DNA from: Gloeobacterales cyanobacterium
GTDB lineage: Bacteria > Cyanobacteriota > Cyanobacteriia > Gloeobacterales > PMM-0068
Reading direction: 5' to 3'
Length of the DNA stretch: 64,000 nt
NCBI GenBank assembly: GCA_038245785.1
Contig: JBBRSB010000017.1
Span: forward strand, 10,942 to 74,941
The translations under genes and the position numbers were made by a program. Below are positions 44,863-55,766 of the stretch, piece after piece (positions within the stretch are counted from its first letter, which is position 1; the number at the start of each line of letters is the position of its first letter). The notes below the pieces were generated by a model. It was not told the origin of the DNA. It worked only from the letters and a program-made list of their open reading frames with translations, and ran no database searches.

Positions 44863-46683
44863 ATGCTTAGACAAAAACTTGTTCTTCTCGGTTCTGCTTT
44901 CTTTCTACAAACCATGCTTTCAGGACAGCTCGCTAGCGCTGCAACCTATTATGTTTCTCCTAGTGGGAGTGACAGTAATCCAGGCACAGAGTCCTCTCCT
45001 TTCCAGACATTTGGGAAGGCCAAAGACGTAGTTCGCTCAACACCTAAGACTGAGCAGATTACCGTTTACATCAGACAGGGAACCTATAGCCTGACTCAGC
45101 CTTTGGCTTTCAATGAAAGTGATAGTGGTCAGCCGGGGGCTAAAGTCCGCTGGCAGGGTTATCCGGGTGAAAGTGCAGTGATCAGCGGAGGACGTTCCCT
45201 GACAGGGTGGACTGCTGTTGGTGATGGCAGCTATAAGGCCAGTGCCCAAGGTCTGAATTTCCGACAGCTCTATATCAATGGCAAGCGAGCCATACGGGCC
45301 AGAAACCCAAATTTAGGCAGTGGGAGCGACTATTTCAGACTGAAAGGACCTAATCCGAATGATCCATACTCTGCCTATAACAAGACCGACAAACTGGTTG
45401 GCGTAAACTGTGCGGATATTGCAGGCGTTCCCAAAGGGGCCGAACAGATTATTCAACGCTCATGGAATGAAGCTCGAGTGAGACTTATGGCCTCCACCTG
45501 TTATGGAGATTTTGCATGGGTTGCTCATCAAAGCCCAGATAGAGATATTCTCTTTGCAAATGCAGACGATAGCACTAGCTACAGTAGCCAGCCTTATCAC
45601 TGGGAGGGTGCCAAAGCATTCCTCGATAGTCCTGGTGAATGGTTTTTAGATAATAACGCCGACACTGTTTACTATCGCCCTCTGTCTGGGGAATCCATTA
45701 CGCAAGCTACGGCTCCAGTCTTAGAAACTCTACTGGAACTGAAAGGGTTAAATCGTGCTTATGATGGGCCATCTTCCCCTGTCCATGACCTGGAATTTGC
45801 TGGCTTGGTCTTTCAGGATACAGGATGGACTTTTCCAGATACCCAAGGGTACCAAGGAGTTCAGGCAGGAATAATCCAATTTAGCCAGGGAGGACAAATT
45901 GTTAATAGCACTACGCAACGAAACCCCACTACGAGTGCCGTCAAACTGTCTTTCACTCAGGATGTCTTATTCGAAGGCAACCAATTCCAGCATATGGGTG
46001 GTGATGCCATTAATCTCTTCCTTGGCAATCTCCGGACCAATCTAAATGCAAATACGATTTCTGATGTTAGCGGTAATTGCATCACGGTAGAAGGTGGAAT
46101 TATTAACTCTGGAGCAGATAGCGAGAAGGTCGTCGACAACACGATCTCGAACAATCGGATATCTCGTTGTGCTCAGGATTACTATGGCTCCGTAGGCATC
46201 GCCGGGTACTTTGTGAATGGACTGAAAATTGTTCACAATGAAATCTCTGATATGCCCTTCTCCGGCATTAGTTTGGGATGGGGACATACGACCTCAAAAA
46301 CCAATTTGCAAGACAATTTGGTGAGTCAAAACAATATCCATGATGTGATGAAGTTATTGAATGATGGCGGAGGTATTTATACCATCTCTTACCAGCCAGG
46401 GACCGTCATCGAGAAAAACTGGATTCATAATATTGAGCGCTCTGTTTGGGCTCATGTCTATCCGATTGCCGGGATCTATCTGGATAATGGCTCTAGTGGA
46501 ATCACTGTTAGAGACAACATCCTTCAAGGGAGCACCGCAACGAGAGCACAAGGAGGACTACCTGCTGTGCGACTCTTTGAAACGGTATATCAACAAACAA
46601 GAGGACTTCCTGCTCAGAATAATTCGATTAGCAATAACGAAGGATCTGACCAGAATATGATCAACAGCGCTGGCCCGCAGTAA
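44863..46683 (+). CDS. secreted right-handed parallel beta-helix repeat protein (pectate-lyase/glycanase-like)
   Basis: Signal peptide LLGSAFFLQTMLSGQLASA. N-terminal YYVSPSGSDSNPGT motif. Repeated short N/G/I-rich turns (ISNNRISRC, IVHNEISDMPFSGISLGWG, NWIHNI, ITVRDNIL). Confidence 0.75.
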   Translation: MLRQKLVLLGSAFFLQTMLSGQLASAATYYVSPSGSDSNPGTESSPFQTFGKAKDVVRSTPKTEQITVYIRQGTYSLTQPLAFNESDSGQPGAKVRWQGYPGESAVISGGRSLTGWTAVGDGSYKASAQGLNFRQLYINGKRAIRARNPNLGSGSDYFRLKGPNPNDPYSAYNKTDKLVGVNCADIAGVPKGAEQIIQRSWNEARVRLMASTCYGDFAWVAHQSPDRDILFANADDSTSYSSQPYHWEGAKAFLDSPGEWFLDNNADTVYYRPLSGESITQATAPVLETLLELKGLNRAYDGPSSPVHDLEFAGLVFQDTGWTFPDTQGYQGVQAGIIQFSQGGQIVNSTTQRNPTTSAVKLSFTQDVLFEGNQFQHMGGDAINLFLGNLRTNLNANTISDVSGNCITVEGGIINSGADSEKVVDNTISNNRISRCAQDYYGSVGIAGYFVNGLKIVHNEISDMPFSGISLGWGHTTSKTNLQDNLVSQNNIHDVMKLLNDGGGIYTISYQPGTVIEKNWIHNIERSVWAHVYPIAGIYLDNGSSGITVRDNILQGSTATRAQGGLPAVRLFETVYQQTRGLPAQNNSISNNEGSDQNMINSAGPQ

Positions 46684-46700
46684 TATCTACTGGATCTAAA

Positions 46701-46733
46701 CAAGCCTGATTATCATGCAGATAATTGGGCTTG
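46701..46733. terminator. hairpin between convergent genes (possible bidirectional terminator)
   Basis: CAAGCCTGATTATC-ATGC-AGATAATTGGGCTTG: a 6-bp outer stem plus an imperfect inner stem, between the stops at 46683 and 46753. Confidence 0.4.
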
Positions 46734-46752
46734 ATTAACAGTGGAAACGAGT

Positions 46753-47115
46753 CTAAGAACCTAACCAATCTCGTAGTGAGTGATCCAAATTCGTAGCATC
46801 TGTGTTCGACAGGATGCCAATAGTTCTAATAATCAAATTTTGTTGTATTGTGTATAGCCCCCGTTTCACAGCCGAAGGGACATTCAACCCAGAAGTCTCC
46901 CAATTTTCCAGCACAAATTCACCAGACAAAAGAGGCGATAACTTACTAGTTAAGGGAACTATAAAAACATCTTGAGAAAGATGGGGCGCACTAACGACAA
47001 TGGCAGGCCTAACCTTGGAGTCTGATAAATCAGAAAAAGGATAGCGGACTAAAACAATGTCATGTTTCGAGTAATTTTGCATAGACATTGTCTTCTGTAT
47101 TATCCCAAATTGCAT
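46753..47115 (-). CDS. mazF: PemK/MazF family toxin
   Basis: HDIVLVRYPFSDLSDSKVRPAIVVS...FIVPLTS... fits the MazF/PemK fold signature. The likely start is the internal MSMQ. Confidence 0.85.
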   Translation of the reverse strand: MQFGIIQKTMSMQNYSKHDIVLVRYPFSDLSDSKVRPAIVVSAPHLSQDVFIVPLTSKLSPLLSGEFVLENWETSGLNVPSAVKRGLYTIQQNLIIRTIGILSNTDATNLDHSLRDWLGS

Positions 47116-47275
47116 CTAGAGAATTTTGACTGACCTGCTGCCAAAGCTCTCTTTCGCTAGAAGGTAATGTTACAAGTACTTCTGTTCCCTCAGGGATTTC
47201 AACATTTTCCAACAGCTCAACTTTGCCTGCTCTTACGATTGCGCGAATAGTATTCAACATTTTTACACCTCCCAT
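47060..47275 (-). CDS. putative antitoxin (AbrB/SpoVT-like swapped-hairpin N-terminus)
   Basis: IRAIVRAGKVELLENVEIPEGTEVLVTL. It sits upstream of, and overlaps, the MazF-like gene. Confidence 0.6.
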   Translation of the reverse strand: MGGVKMLNTIRAIVRAGKVELLENVEIPEGTEVLVTLPSSERELWQQVSQNSLDAIWDNTEDNVYAKLLET

Positions 47276-47313
47276 AGCGCTCCAAATTATTAGCCTTGTG
47301 CATGTACGAGGCT

Positions 47314-49611
47314 CTAACTCGCTTCTTCCTGACCGACCAAACTGGGGTCAAATTCTCCAGCCGGAGCTTTAAATCCGCACTCTTTATTGGAGCACTGGAC
47401 CATATCTCCCCGTTTCAAGGGCTTGAATACCAGAATCGAGGCACATTCCGGACAGGGTTTCTGAATCGGTTTACTCCAGAGTACAAAGTTGCAGCTATTC
47501 GGGTCTTTCGAACTGTATTCACTGCAGCCATAGAACAAGCCACGACGGCCCTTACGCTCGACGATTTGGCCCTTGTGGCATACTGGGCACTCCAGGCCCA
47601 CCTTCTTGAGGATAGGTTGGTTGTGACCGCATTCAGAGCACTTGAGGTATTCGCCAAAACGACCGTATTTGGCAATCATTGGCTCGTGTTGGCACTGACT
47701 ACAGACTTCGCCGGGAACAGGCCGTTCTTTGGGAGCAGGCTCATTCTGAGGCGTTAGCGGGTGAGTATGCTTGCATTCCGGATAGCCGGAGCAACCGAGA
47801 AAGTTTCCATACTTGCTGGATTTCTGGAGCATCGGCAGACCACATTCCGCGCACAGATACTTTGTGACGATTAGAATGCGGTCCATTTCCTCGGTGGCCG
47901 TTTCCAGCGTCTTTAGGAAAGGCTCATAGAAACTAGCCAAGAGTTCACCCCAAGGCCGTCCTCCCTTCTCCACTTCGTCCAACTGGGTTTCCATGTTAGC
48001 GGTGAAGTCGGTGTCTACAATATTGGGGAAGTGCTGAACCAATTGACCATTGACGCCCATGCCCAGTTCGGTTGGCTGTAGCATCCGTCCTTCTTTCTTG
48101 ACATAGCCCCGGTCTTGAATCGTGGCAATTGTAGGCGCATAGGTAGATGGGCGACCAATGCCCAACTCCTCCATCACCTTGACTAATGTAGCTTCGGAGT
48201 AGCGGCTCGGAGGCTGGGTAAAGTGCTGCTTAGGAAGCAACTCTTTCAGGTCCACCACTTCCCCTTCTTCCAAAATAGGCACTTGCTGCTTTTTCTCTTC
48301 CTCTTCGGTACTGTCTTCTTCTTTGGCTTCCAGATAGACCCGCTGATAGCCATCAAATTTGATTTGGGTGCTGGAAAGGCGGAAGAGCGGATCTTTTTTG
48401 CCTTTGAGGTTGCCTGCAATCTCAATCGTTTGGATCGCTAGAATTGCTGCGGTCATCTGAGAACTGACAAAACGCTGCCAGATCAGGCGATAGAGGCGAT
48501 ACTGGTCAGAGCTGAGGAAGGGCTTAAGATCGTCTGGCGTACGGCCGATTTCTGAGGGACGAATCGCTTCGTGGGCGTCCTGGCCACCCTTCGCTGCTTT
48601 TCCCTGACGACGAGTTTTCGGCAAATATTGCTTGCCGTACTGGGCTTGAATGTATTCAGCCGCAGTGTCCTGCGCCGATTCTGCCACCCGCGTAGAGTCT
48701 GTCCGCATGTAGGTGATCAAACCCACCGGACCTTCGCTGCCCAGCTCAATCCCTTCATAGAGCTGCTGGGCGGCGATCATCGTCCGCTTCACCGAGAAGT
48801 TGAGAACGGTGGAAGCTTCCCGCTGCAGACTGCTGGTGATGAACGGAAACTGCGGTTCTTGCTTGCGGTCCTTGGTTTTAATCGAGCTAACCTTGTACTC
48901 CGTCACACCCTTGAGCGATGCAATCACTTCATCCATTGCCTGCTGGGTCTCAATTTCTGGCTTCTTGTCATTCAGACGGGCAAACTCTGCTTCAAAAGCA
49001 CGCTTCTGCTTATCTTTGACAAACTGCGCGGCTAGGGTCCAGTATTCCTTGCTCTGGAAGTCTTGAATCGCCTGCTCTCGGTCACAAATCAGCCGCACCG
49101 AAACCGACTGTACCCGTCCGGCTGAAAGACCCCGTTTAATCTTCTTCCAGAGCAGAGGGCTGAGCTTGTAACCAACCAAGCGGTCTAAGACTCTGCGGGC
49201 CTGCTGGGCATCCACCCGATTCTGGTCTATTTCGCGGGGATTGTTGACGGCATTCTGTACCGCCTCTTTTGTAATTTCGTTAAATTGGATCCGCTTCATT
49301 TTCTCCGGAGGGAGCTGGAGAATATGAGCCAGATGCCAAGCGATGGCTTCCCCTTCCCGGTCCGGGTCAGGGGCTAGGAGTACTTGGTCTACGCCTTTAG
49401 CAGAGTTCTGTAGTTCCTTGACGACTTCTTCTTTGTCAGGAATGACTACATATTTAGGAATGAACCCCTTAGCGATATCCACCCCTATCTCTTTGGTGGG
49501 GAGATCGCGAATATGGCCAGCTGAAGCTCTGACCACATAGCCTTTGCCCAAGATCTTGCTGATGGTCTTGGCTTTAGCGGGGGATTCAACAATGACGAGA
49601 GATTTACTCAT
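47314..49611 (-). CDS. topA: DNA topoisomerase I
   Basis: Toprim domain LVIVESPAKAKTISKILG, active-site GLITYMRTDS, and C-terminal tandem C4 zinc ribbons. Confidence 0.97.
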   Translation of the reverse strand: MSKSLVIVESPAKAKTISKILGKGYVVRASAGHIRDLPTKEIGVDIAKGFIPKYVVIPDKEEVVKELQNSAKGVDQVLLAPDPDREGEAIAWHLAHILQLPPEKMKRIQFNEITKEAVQNAVNNPREIDQNRVDAQQARRVLDRLVGYKLSPLLWKKIKRGLSAGRVQSVSVRLICDREQAIQDFQSKEYWTLAAQFVKDKQKRAFEAEFARLNDKKPEIETQQAMDEVIASLKGVTEYKVSSIKTKDRKQEPQFPFITSSLQREASTVLNFSVKRTMIAAQQLYEGIELGSEGPVGLITYMRTDSTRVAESAQDTAAEYIQAQYGKQYLPKTRRQGKAAKGGQDAHEAIRPSEIGRTPDDLKPFLSSDQYRLYRLIWQRFVSSQMTAAILAIQTIEIAGNLKGKKDPLFRLSSTQIKFDGYQRVYLEAKEEDSTEEEEKKQQVPILEEGEVVDLKELLPKQHFTQPPSRYSEATLVKVMEELGIGRPSTYAPTIATIQDRGYVKKEGRMLQPTELGMGVNGQLVQHFPNIVDTDFTANMETQLDEVEKGGRPWGELLASFYEPFLKTLETATEEMDRILIVTKYLCAECGLPMLQKSSKYGNFLGCSGYPECKHTHPLTPQNEPAPKERPVPGEVCSQCQHEPMIAKYGRFGEYLKCSECGHNQPILKKVGLECPVCHKGQIVERKGRRGLFYGCSEYSSKDPNSCNFVLWSKPIQKPCPECASILVFKPLKRGDMVQCSNKECGFKAPAGEFDPSLVGQEEAS

Positions 49612-49772
49612 CGGGCCTGCTCTTAAATAGGTAATAGAGTCCTTAGTCCATTATTTAGCATGCAAATAACCCGCTGTATGACAAGCCCCCTTCCTCGCAC
49701 CCTTAGGTGCACAGCCACAAGACTCAAGCGCTGAGGAGGTTTGAGCCTGCTAAAAAATCATTTATGAATTTA

Positions 49773-50801
49773 TTATTTTGTCTGTAAAAAAGCTTGACGG
49801 CGTAGTTGTCCGCAGGCAGCACTTTGTTCTACCCCTCGCGTCTGTCGTACCGAGACAGCGACCCCGGCTCGTTCCAACGTAGAACGAAAAATTTCTACCT
49901 GTTTGGGCGTCGGACGGTCAAACCGAGCTTCGTCCACAGGATTAAAAGGAATCAGGTTGACATGACTTTGGAACCCTTTGACCCTCGTGGCTAGTTCTTC
50001 TGCGTGTCTAGCCAAATCGTTGAAGCCCGCCAGGAGAACATATTCAAAACTAATGCGACGGCCCGTAATTTTCACGTATTCCCGACAATCTGCCAAAAGT
50101 TCTCCGTAAGGATAGTTTTTGGCGGTCGGTACAATCTGTTCGCGCAGGGTCTGGTTGGGAGCGTGGAGGCTGACGGCCAGAGTGACCTGTAGAAGTTCCT
50201 GGGCAAATTGCTGAATTTTACCGGGAATGCCTACGGTCGAGACGGTCATCTGTCGCTGACCAATGCCGATGTCCTGGTTGAGTACTCTCAGGGATTTCAG
50301 GACACGGGGCAAATTATGCATTGGTTCCCCCATGCCCATATAGACGATATGGGAAACGCGCTGACCCATTTCTTCTTGCACCGTGAGCACCTGGTCCACA
50401 ATTTCATGGACTTCTAGATGTCGTGCAAAGCCAGAAAATCCAGTGGCGCAAAACGTGCAGCCCATGGCACAGCCCACCTGAGAAGAGACGCAGACCGTCA
50501 GATGGTTTCGGCTGGGAATGCCCACGGTTTCGACCGTTTGACCATCGGCAAGCGTCAGCAGAAACTTGACGGTGCCATCGGTTGTAGGGGTCTTCAAGGC
50601 AATGGTAGAGCGGCCTACCGTCGTTGTATTCTGCTCTCTCCAGCTTTTAGGAAAAACCGTCACCTCATCCAGAGAACGAATATTGCGGGTATAGAGCCAT
50701 TGATGGAGTTGTTTGGCACGGTAAGAAGGCTGACCTTGTTCAATAACCCAGCGGGTGAGTTCTTCTGAAGAAAGGCCTAAAAGAGGAGTGATGCTATTCA
50801 T
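49773..50801 (-). CDS. rlmN: 23S rRNA/tRNA (adenine-C2)-methyltransferase RlmN (radical SAM)
   Basis: [22 protein letters not shown] and C-terminal SAACGQL. Confidence 0.95.
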   Translation of the reverse strand: MNSITPLLGLSSEELTRWVIEQGQPSYRAKQLHQWLYTRNIRSLDEVTVFPKSWREQNTTTVGRSTIALKTPTTDGTVKFLLTLADGQTVETVGIPSRNHLTVCVSSQVGCAMGCTFCATGFSGFARHLEVHEIVDQVLTVQEEMGQRVSHIVYMGMGEPMHNLPRVLKSLRVLNQDIGIGQRQMTVSTVGIPGKIQQFAQELLQVTLAVSLHAPNQTLREQIVPTAKNYPYGELLADCREYVKITGRRISFEYVLLAGFNDLARHAEELATRVKGFQSHVNLIPFNPVDEARFDRPTPKQVEIFRSTLERAGVAVSVRQTRGVEQSAACGQLRRQAFLQTK

Positions 50802-50917
50802 GAACCCATTCTAGTAAAGATGCACCCTAAATATTTTTTCAGAGGATAATTGGTAGTAAGTGAAGTGAGCAGTGTGCATTCCAAATTGATATAACCCGTT
50901 AGATACAATCATTACCG

Positions 50918-50950
50918 CCGCAGGGGCGCAAGGTCTTGCGCCCTTACAAG
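50918..50950. repeat. short GC hairpin (GGGCGCAA-GGTC-TTGCGCCC) of a type recurrent in cyanobacterial intergenic DNA
   Basis: Perfect 8-bp stem at 50924-50931 / 50936-50943, in the divergent promoter region between rlmN and the crtI-like gene. Confidence 0.5.
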
Positions 50951-51079
50951 GCAATCAGATCATCTAGCTAAGCCATGGTCAATCAACGCAAAAGACCAAA
51001 ACAGTTTGTAGCTTTACAGATTCAAAAAAGTACAATAGTTCCAGTCAAAGAAGTTGCTCCCTCAGGAGGATGAGCAGTC

Positions 51080-52627
51080 ATGGAAATTTTTGATTATGTG
51101 ATTTTGGGCGCAGGATTAGGGGGACTTTCAGCCGCCGCTTGTCTTACTAAACAGGGATACCGAGTAGCAGTGCTCGAGCAGCATTACTTAGCCGGTGGCG
51201 CTTGCCACAGTTTTGACTATGGCGATTACACTTTCTGCGCTGATGTTCACTACATTTCACAATGTGGCCCTGGCCAAACTATTCACCAATTTTTAGACTA
51301 CATCGGAGCAGAAATTCCCTTTAATGCCTTGGGCTCTGATTGCATTGATCGCGTGATTACGCCGGATCTGGATTTCAGAATTCCTTTAGGATGGGAAAAT
51401 CTCCGGGCTCGCTTGCTTTTGACATTCCCTGAGGAAACAGGTCCGATCAATCGGTACTGCGATGAAATCAAGCACCTTCATCAAGAGATGCGTACTATCC
51501 TGTCTGAAGTGACTTGGTATAAACAGAAATGGTCTGATTGGCTGAAATTACCTAAATATTGGCATCTCTACTTTAGAAGAAACTGGACCTTGCAAGATCT
51601 CTATGACTATGTTGGTCTATCTCCGAAGCTCCAAGATTTACTAGCAGGCCAGAGCGGTGACTATGCCTTACCTCCTGACCAAATCGCTCTATTTACCCAT
51701 GTTTCTTTAGTGAGCGATTATGCGGAGGGTGCGTACTATCCCAAGCACCACTTCAAGTCCTTTGTCGATATTATTGTTGAATCGATTAGAGCTGGTGGTA
51801 GCGTGATTGAATACAGCACTCCGGTCCAGCGGATTCAAGTGGTCAATCATCAAATTTCGTACGTTATGGCTGGTGATAAATCCTATCAAGCGACGAGGGC
51901 TTACATTAGTGATTTAGACCCTAAAAAAACGGTTCAATTGATGGAAGAAAAAGCTTTAAGTAAAGATGAACGGCATCGACTGACGGACTATGAATATTCT
52001 GCCAGTGCTTTCAATATTTATCTAGGCTTAGACCACACGTTTGAACCGGAAAAGTATGGCATTGGCAACTGGAATGTCTGGTATTATCCGACGGGCAATC
52101 TCAATGCCTCCTATCAACGTCAATTTGAAGGCGACCTCCACCATCCCTGGATTTTCCTATCTTGCCCAACGATGAAATCCCATGAACCCGGCATGGCTCC
52201 TGATGGGAATCACGTTCTAGAGATTGCTACGGTTTGCCCTTATGAAGCTTTTAAAGATCTACATGAAAGCGACCCCACGGCCTACAAAGCTAAAAAACGA
52301 GAAGTCTATCAAGAAGTGATGCACAGCGTGCAAGACCTTATCCCCGATATCAATAGCTACACGCGGATGAAGATCTACGGCACCCCCACCACCAGCGAGT
52401 ACTATCTAGGCCAACCCCAGGGCAATATTTACGGAGCTAAACTGATTCCCAAACAAGTAGGTCTTAACCGTTTGGGCTACCGCACCGAGATCCTAAATCT
52501 TTTCCTGGTAGGAGCTTCTGCAGGTTATCCGAGCGTGCCTGGGGTGATTGGCAATGGAATGGATGTGGCTGAATTGGTTACAGGTCAATCTTTCCGCAAG
52601 CCTTCTCGTGTTGCTGAGTTGGTCTAG
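51080..52627 (+). CDS. phytoene desaturase (CrtI) family FAD-dependent oxidoreductase
   Basis: DYVILGAGLGGLSAAACL...VLEQHYLAGG dinucleotide-binding motif. C-terminal LFLVGASAGYPSVPGV. Confidence 0.8.
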   Translation: MEIFDYVILGAGLGGLSAAACLTKQGYRVAVLEQHYLAGGACHSFDYGDYTFCADVHYISQCGPGQTIHQFLDYIGAEIPFNALGSDCIDRVITPDLDFRIPLGWENLRARLLLTFPEETGPINRYCDEIKHLHQEMRTILSEVTWYKQKWSDWLKLPKYWHLYFRRNWTLQDLYDYVGLSPKLQDLLAGQSGDYALPPDQIALFTHVSLVSDYAEGAYYPKHHFKSFVDIIVESIRAGGSVIEYSTPVQRIQVVNHQISYVMAGDKSYQATRAYISDLDPKKTVQLMEEKALSKDERHRLTDYEYSASAFNIYLGLDHTFEPEKYGIGNWNVWYYPTGNLNASYQRQFEGDLHHPWIFLSCPTMKSHEPGMAPDGNHVLEIATVCPYEAFKDLHESDPTAYKAKKREVYQEVMHSVQDLIPDINSYTRMKIYGTPTTSEYYLGQPQGNIYGAKLIPKQVGLNRLGYRTEILNLFLVGASAGYPSVPGVIGNGMDVAELVTGQSFRKPSRVAELV

Positions 52628-52741
52628 GCTGAAAGACAGCAAGCTATGAGGAGCACCTTGGATAGAAAAATCTGCGCCTCGCTATTCGGTGAAGAGTAGC
52701 CCAAGCTCCTTCTTTGTTAAATCTTTAAACCTTTGGGACGG

Positions 52742-54481
52742 TTACTTAAGAAGTTTGATTTCCTGCGAGGAGCCTGTCTGTAAAGGCAGCTTGATAGTCG
52801 AAGACTGATAATGAGCTAATCCGCCTGGATTCTCAGACTGAACCTTATCGATCACACACAGCCGACCTTTAGCATCATCTTTTAGCCATCCCTGAAGTTC
52901 AGGAGCTGTCATCGGACGATACCGACTTTTTTCGTTTGTCTTACCTTCTTTTCCTGGATAGTTGGGAGGGGATCCCCCTGAATAGCCGTTTACTACGGGT
53001 ACACCTGCTCGTAGACCTGCCCACATAGCAGAAACCTCATCAGGATAACCAGCCCAATAAGGTTCGTCTTTGTTGACCGCTGGTAAGACGTAGGCTAAGT
53101 CACATCCTTTCCCCATCAGTCCTTGTAGCTCAGTTTCTACGTTTAAAAATGAACCCTTCTCATAGCTAACAGGGTTAATCAAGATCTGTTCTGAGAGCGC
53201 AAGAACACAGACTAAACTTGATAATAGAAGCCGCCATTTTGAATTAGATATCTTTGCTTTCAAAAAAGAATCAAGACTCAACAGAACGGCAATTAACAAG
53301 AAGAAATATAGAACTAAGGAAATCCTCGCAACAGATCTGATTGCTTTCCCCCCTGGGACGAACCAGTACACTAGCTTCCAAAGGCCAAGTCCACTGAGAA
53401 AGACGACAAAAATCACCAACGAGACAAATAGACAAGCTTTAACTACATCAGCTCTTTCTTTTCCTAAAATATCATTTTTTTTAAAAACTATATAGACTGA
53501 CAAAACTGTTAGAGCCAGCACAGTAAATCCCATGAATAAACGGTGCTCATAGGACATGAGCAAATTTTTAGAGAGCGGCTCTAATAGAGGGGACCAAAGA
53601 CTATTGGGGGGGGGTAATAGCCAGGAAGACCATCGGGGTACCATTGTTGAGACTTCATATGTAGAATAACCGCCGCTAAGCAAACGACTCGTCTCTACGT
53701 AGGGTAAAAGTAGCGCAATGATCGAAGCGAACCAAACCAAAAATACTACTACTGTAGTTTTTTTGTTTTTAGTAAAATAGTCTTTGAGACCTACCCTGAC
53801 AGCCTGGTCACGATATAGAGAAACTGCCAAAAGAATGGGTAAACTCACCAGTAAAAACCAGCCTAAATAAATACCCGCAAGCAGTTGGAGATAGATAAAG
53901 ATCAATGCTAGGATAAGCCGACTATTATTTGGCTTATGGATGAATTGCCAAACGAACAAAAAGGCAAACGGCATATAAAACTGAGGAAGCAACTGTGGAC
54001 GGGCTAGCTGCACCATTCTAGGCATCCCGAATGCAAATAGGAAGCCACCTGTGGCCGATAGGATAGGACTCACCTTAAAGTGTCGCAATACATACACAAA
54101 ACTAGCGAAACAAAGTAGAGTTATGCCGATCATCCAAAGCTGTAAAGATACATCAACGGGTGAAAATCCTCTGAACAACCAATACAAAGGAGCAGAACCC
54201 CACAAATTGTCGGATAAAGTAAGTGCTTTCTTAAATGGATAGAAAAAGTTGGGCGACCAAAGACTGCCCGTATAATCTCGGTTAAAAGCTAATTGAAATG
54301 AATGCTCTAGAAAATAGTTGTTGAGCCGAGTATCTGTAGGATCCGATTGCATCTTAGAAAACCCACTTGTAATAGTGGGATAAAATGCCATAAAAACACC
54401 CAGAAGACTAATAAATGAATAGAATAAAAAAGAGATGAAAAGATTGAATATCGTTATATTATTTCTATTTGCTTTAGTCAT
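52742..54481 (-). CDS. polytopic membrane protein, GT-C-like glycosyltransferase candidate
   Basis: 579 aa with more than 10 predicted TM segments and a C-terminal soluble domain. The gene is AT-rich and clusters with a GT2 and a flippase-like gene. Confidence 0.45.
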   Translation of the reverse strand: MTKANRNNITIFNLFISFLFYSFISLLGVFMAFYPTITSGFSKMQSDPTDTRLNNYFLEHSFQLAFNRDYTGSLWSPNFFYPFKKALTLSDNLWGSAPLYWLFRGFSPVDVSLQLWMIGITLLCFASFVYVLRHFKVSPILSATGGFLFAFGMPRMVQLARPQLLPQFYMPFAFLFVWQFIHKPNNSRLILALIFIYLQLLAGIYLGWFLLVSLPILLAVSLYRDQAVRVGLKDYFTKNKKTTVVVFLVWFASIIALLLPYVETSRLLSGGYSTYEVSTMVPRWSSWLLPPPNSLWSPLLEPLSKNLLMSYEHRLFMGFTVLALTVLSVYIVFKKNDILGKERADVVKACLFVSLVIFVVFLSGLGLWKLVYWFVPGGKAIRSVARISLVLYFFLLIAVLLSLDSFLKAKISNSKWRLLLSSLVCVLALSEQILINPVSYEKGSFLNVETELQGLMGKGCDLAYVLPAVNKDEPYWAGYPDEVSAMWAGLRAGVPVVNGYSGGSPPNYPGKEGKTNEKSRYRPMTAPELQGWLKDDAKGRLCVIDKVQSENPGGLAHYQSSTIKLPLQTGSSQEIKLLK

Positions 54482-54542
54482 CGGCTTCTCCAGAAGGGGT
54501 AATAAAGTCAGTAGATTAAGTTACATGCTTTGATAACCGTCT

Positions 54543-55493
54543 TCATCCTTCTTTACTTGTTCTCGCAAGATTAAGAAACAAATACAGCCCCATGCCTAGT
54601 ATGGTCACGCTCCCCAACAAGAAAATCTGAATAGCTGTTGCCGCTGCAACACCTCGTGCCGACTCATAACCAAAGAGCTGTACGGTAAAAGCAAAGGCAT
54701 ACTGGTACGTCCCTACGAAGCCTGGGGCAGAGGGGATTAGGGTGCTCAAGCTGGCTACTCCAATCACCGTCAATATCTCCTTCCACCCCAAAGATATATC
54801 GACAGCTTTTAATACTGACCAAAACATCATTCCTTCTAAGAACCAAACAATTAAGGAAAGACTTAAAACTCTTCCAAAACCTGCTCCGCGCATTACACTC
54901 AGGCCTTGGCGAAAATTCAGCATTCGTTTAGTTATGGCTGGAGGCAAGCGTTTAACCCATTCCAGCCCAGCCTTTCTACTCAAAAGCCAAAGGGCTACAA
55001 AAATTCCGCCAAAAACCAGTGCAGCGATTGCCGTCAGGCTACTCAGAACTGCTTGTTCAGGTACGAACAGCCTGCCAAGTCCTAGGCAGAGTACTACAAT
55101 CAATCCATCCAAAACGCGTTCTACAAAAATAGACCCAACGACTGCAGAGCGAGAGAGGTAATACCGACGTCCTGCAAAATCTGCGCGGAACAACTCACCT
55201 AAACGAGCAGGCAAGATATTGTTCGCTGCATATCCGACTAGGAGCGCTACTCCTACCGATTTGAAAGAGAGCATTTTGACATCGCTAAGCAAGACTCGCC
55301 AGCGTGACACTCTCACTAAAAGATCGGCAGCGTAAAAGCTTAGTGCAACAAGTAGCCATCCCTGATTAGATTTGGAAAGTATTATGCTTACTTGTTCCCA
55401 ACTGGTTTGCCGCAGGACCAACCATAAAAAAAACACTCCAATAGAAATGCCTAATATTCCACGTGCAAAAGTACCCCAACGACCAACTGGCAT
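54543..55493 (-). CDS. UPF0104 / lysyl-PG synthase TM-region (flippase-like) membrane protein
   Basis: 8-TM protein with WRVLL, NNILPARLGELFR and PSAPGFVGTYQ motifs typical of the family. Confidence 0.75.
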   Translation of the reverse strand: MPVGRWGTFARGILGISIGVFFLWLVLRQTSWEQVSIILSKSNQGWLLVALSFYAADLLVRVSRWRVLLSDVKMLSFKSVGVALLVGYAANNILPARLGELFRADFAGRRYYLSRSAVVGSIFVERVLDGLIVVLCLGLGRLFVPEQAVLSSLTAIAALVFGGIFVALWLLSRKAGLEWVKRLPPAITKRMLNFRQGLSVMRGAGFGRVLSLSLIVWFLEGMMFWSVLKAVDISLGWKEILTVIGVASLSTLIPSAPGFVGTYQYAFAFTVQLFGYESARGVAAATAIQIFLLGSVTILGMGLYLFLNLARTSKEG

Positions 55494-55766
55494 GAATAGA
55501 ATGTGTCCCCATTACTTGCGTTTTCAGAAGGCTACAGAAGAAGCTGGGCCAACTCAAATCTGAAGTGCATAGCCTAGCATATCGTTGTTAATTAGTGTAA
55601 TGTAATCAGGCTAAACACATCTTGTTTCTAGAATACTTGCTAGGCAAGGTTTCCAGAGTTTAGATGCATTGACTCTTGACTCACTAGCAGACAAGCCAGA
55701 CTTACTTTGAGAAGAACATCAAAATTAGTTTGCAGGCTCGATTTGTTATCACAATGCGGTTTTTTC

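Noticed and set aside
47296-49066. Several 60-154-aa plus-strand ORFs
   Set aside because: All are antisense inside the clearly recognisable topA gene and have a low-complexity, shadow-frame composition.
54742-55161. 139-aa plus-strand ORF; 58580-59062 (160 aa) was handled the same way
   Set aside because: They are antisense within the UPF0104 and ktrB membrane-protein genes respectively. Hydrophobic genes commonly produce such Lys/Arg/Thr-rich shadow frames.
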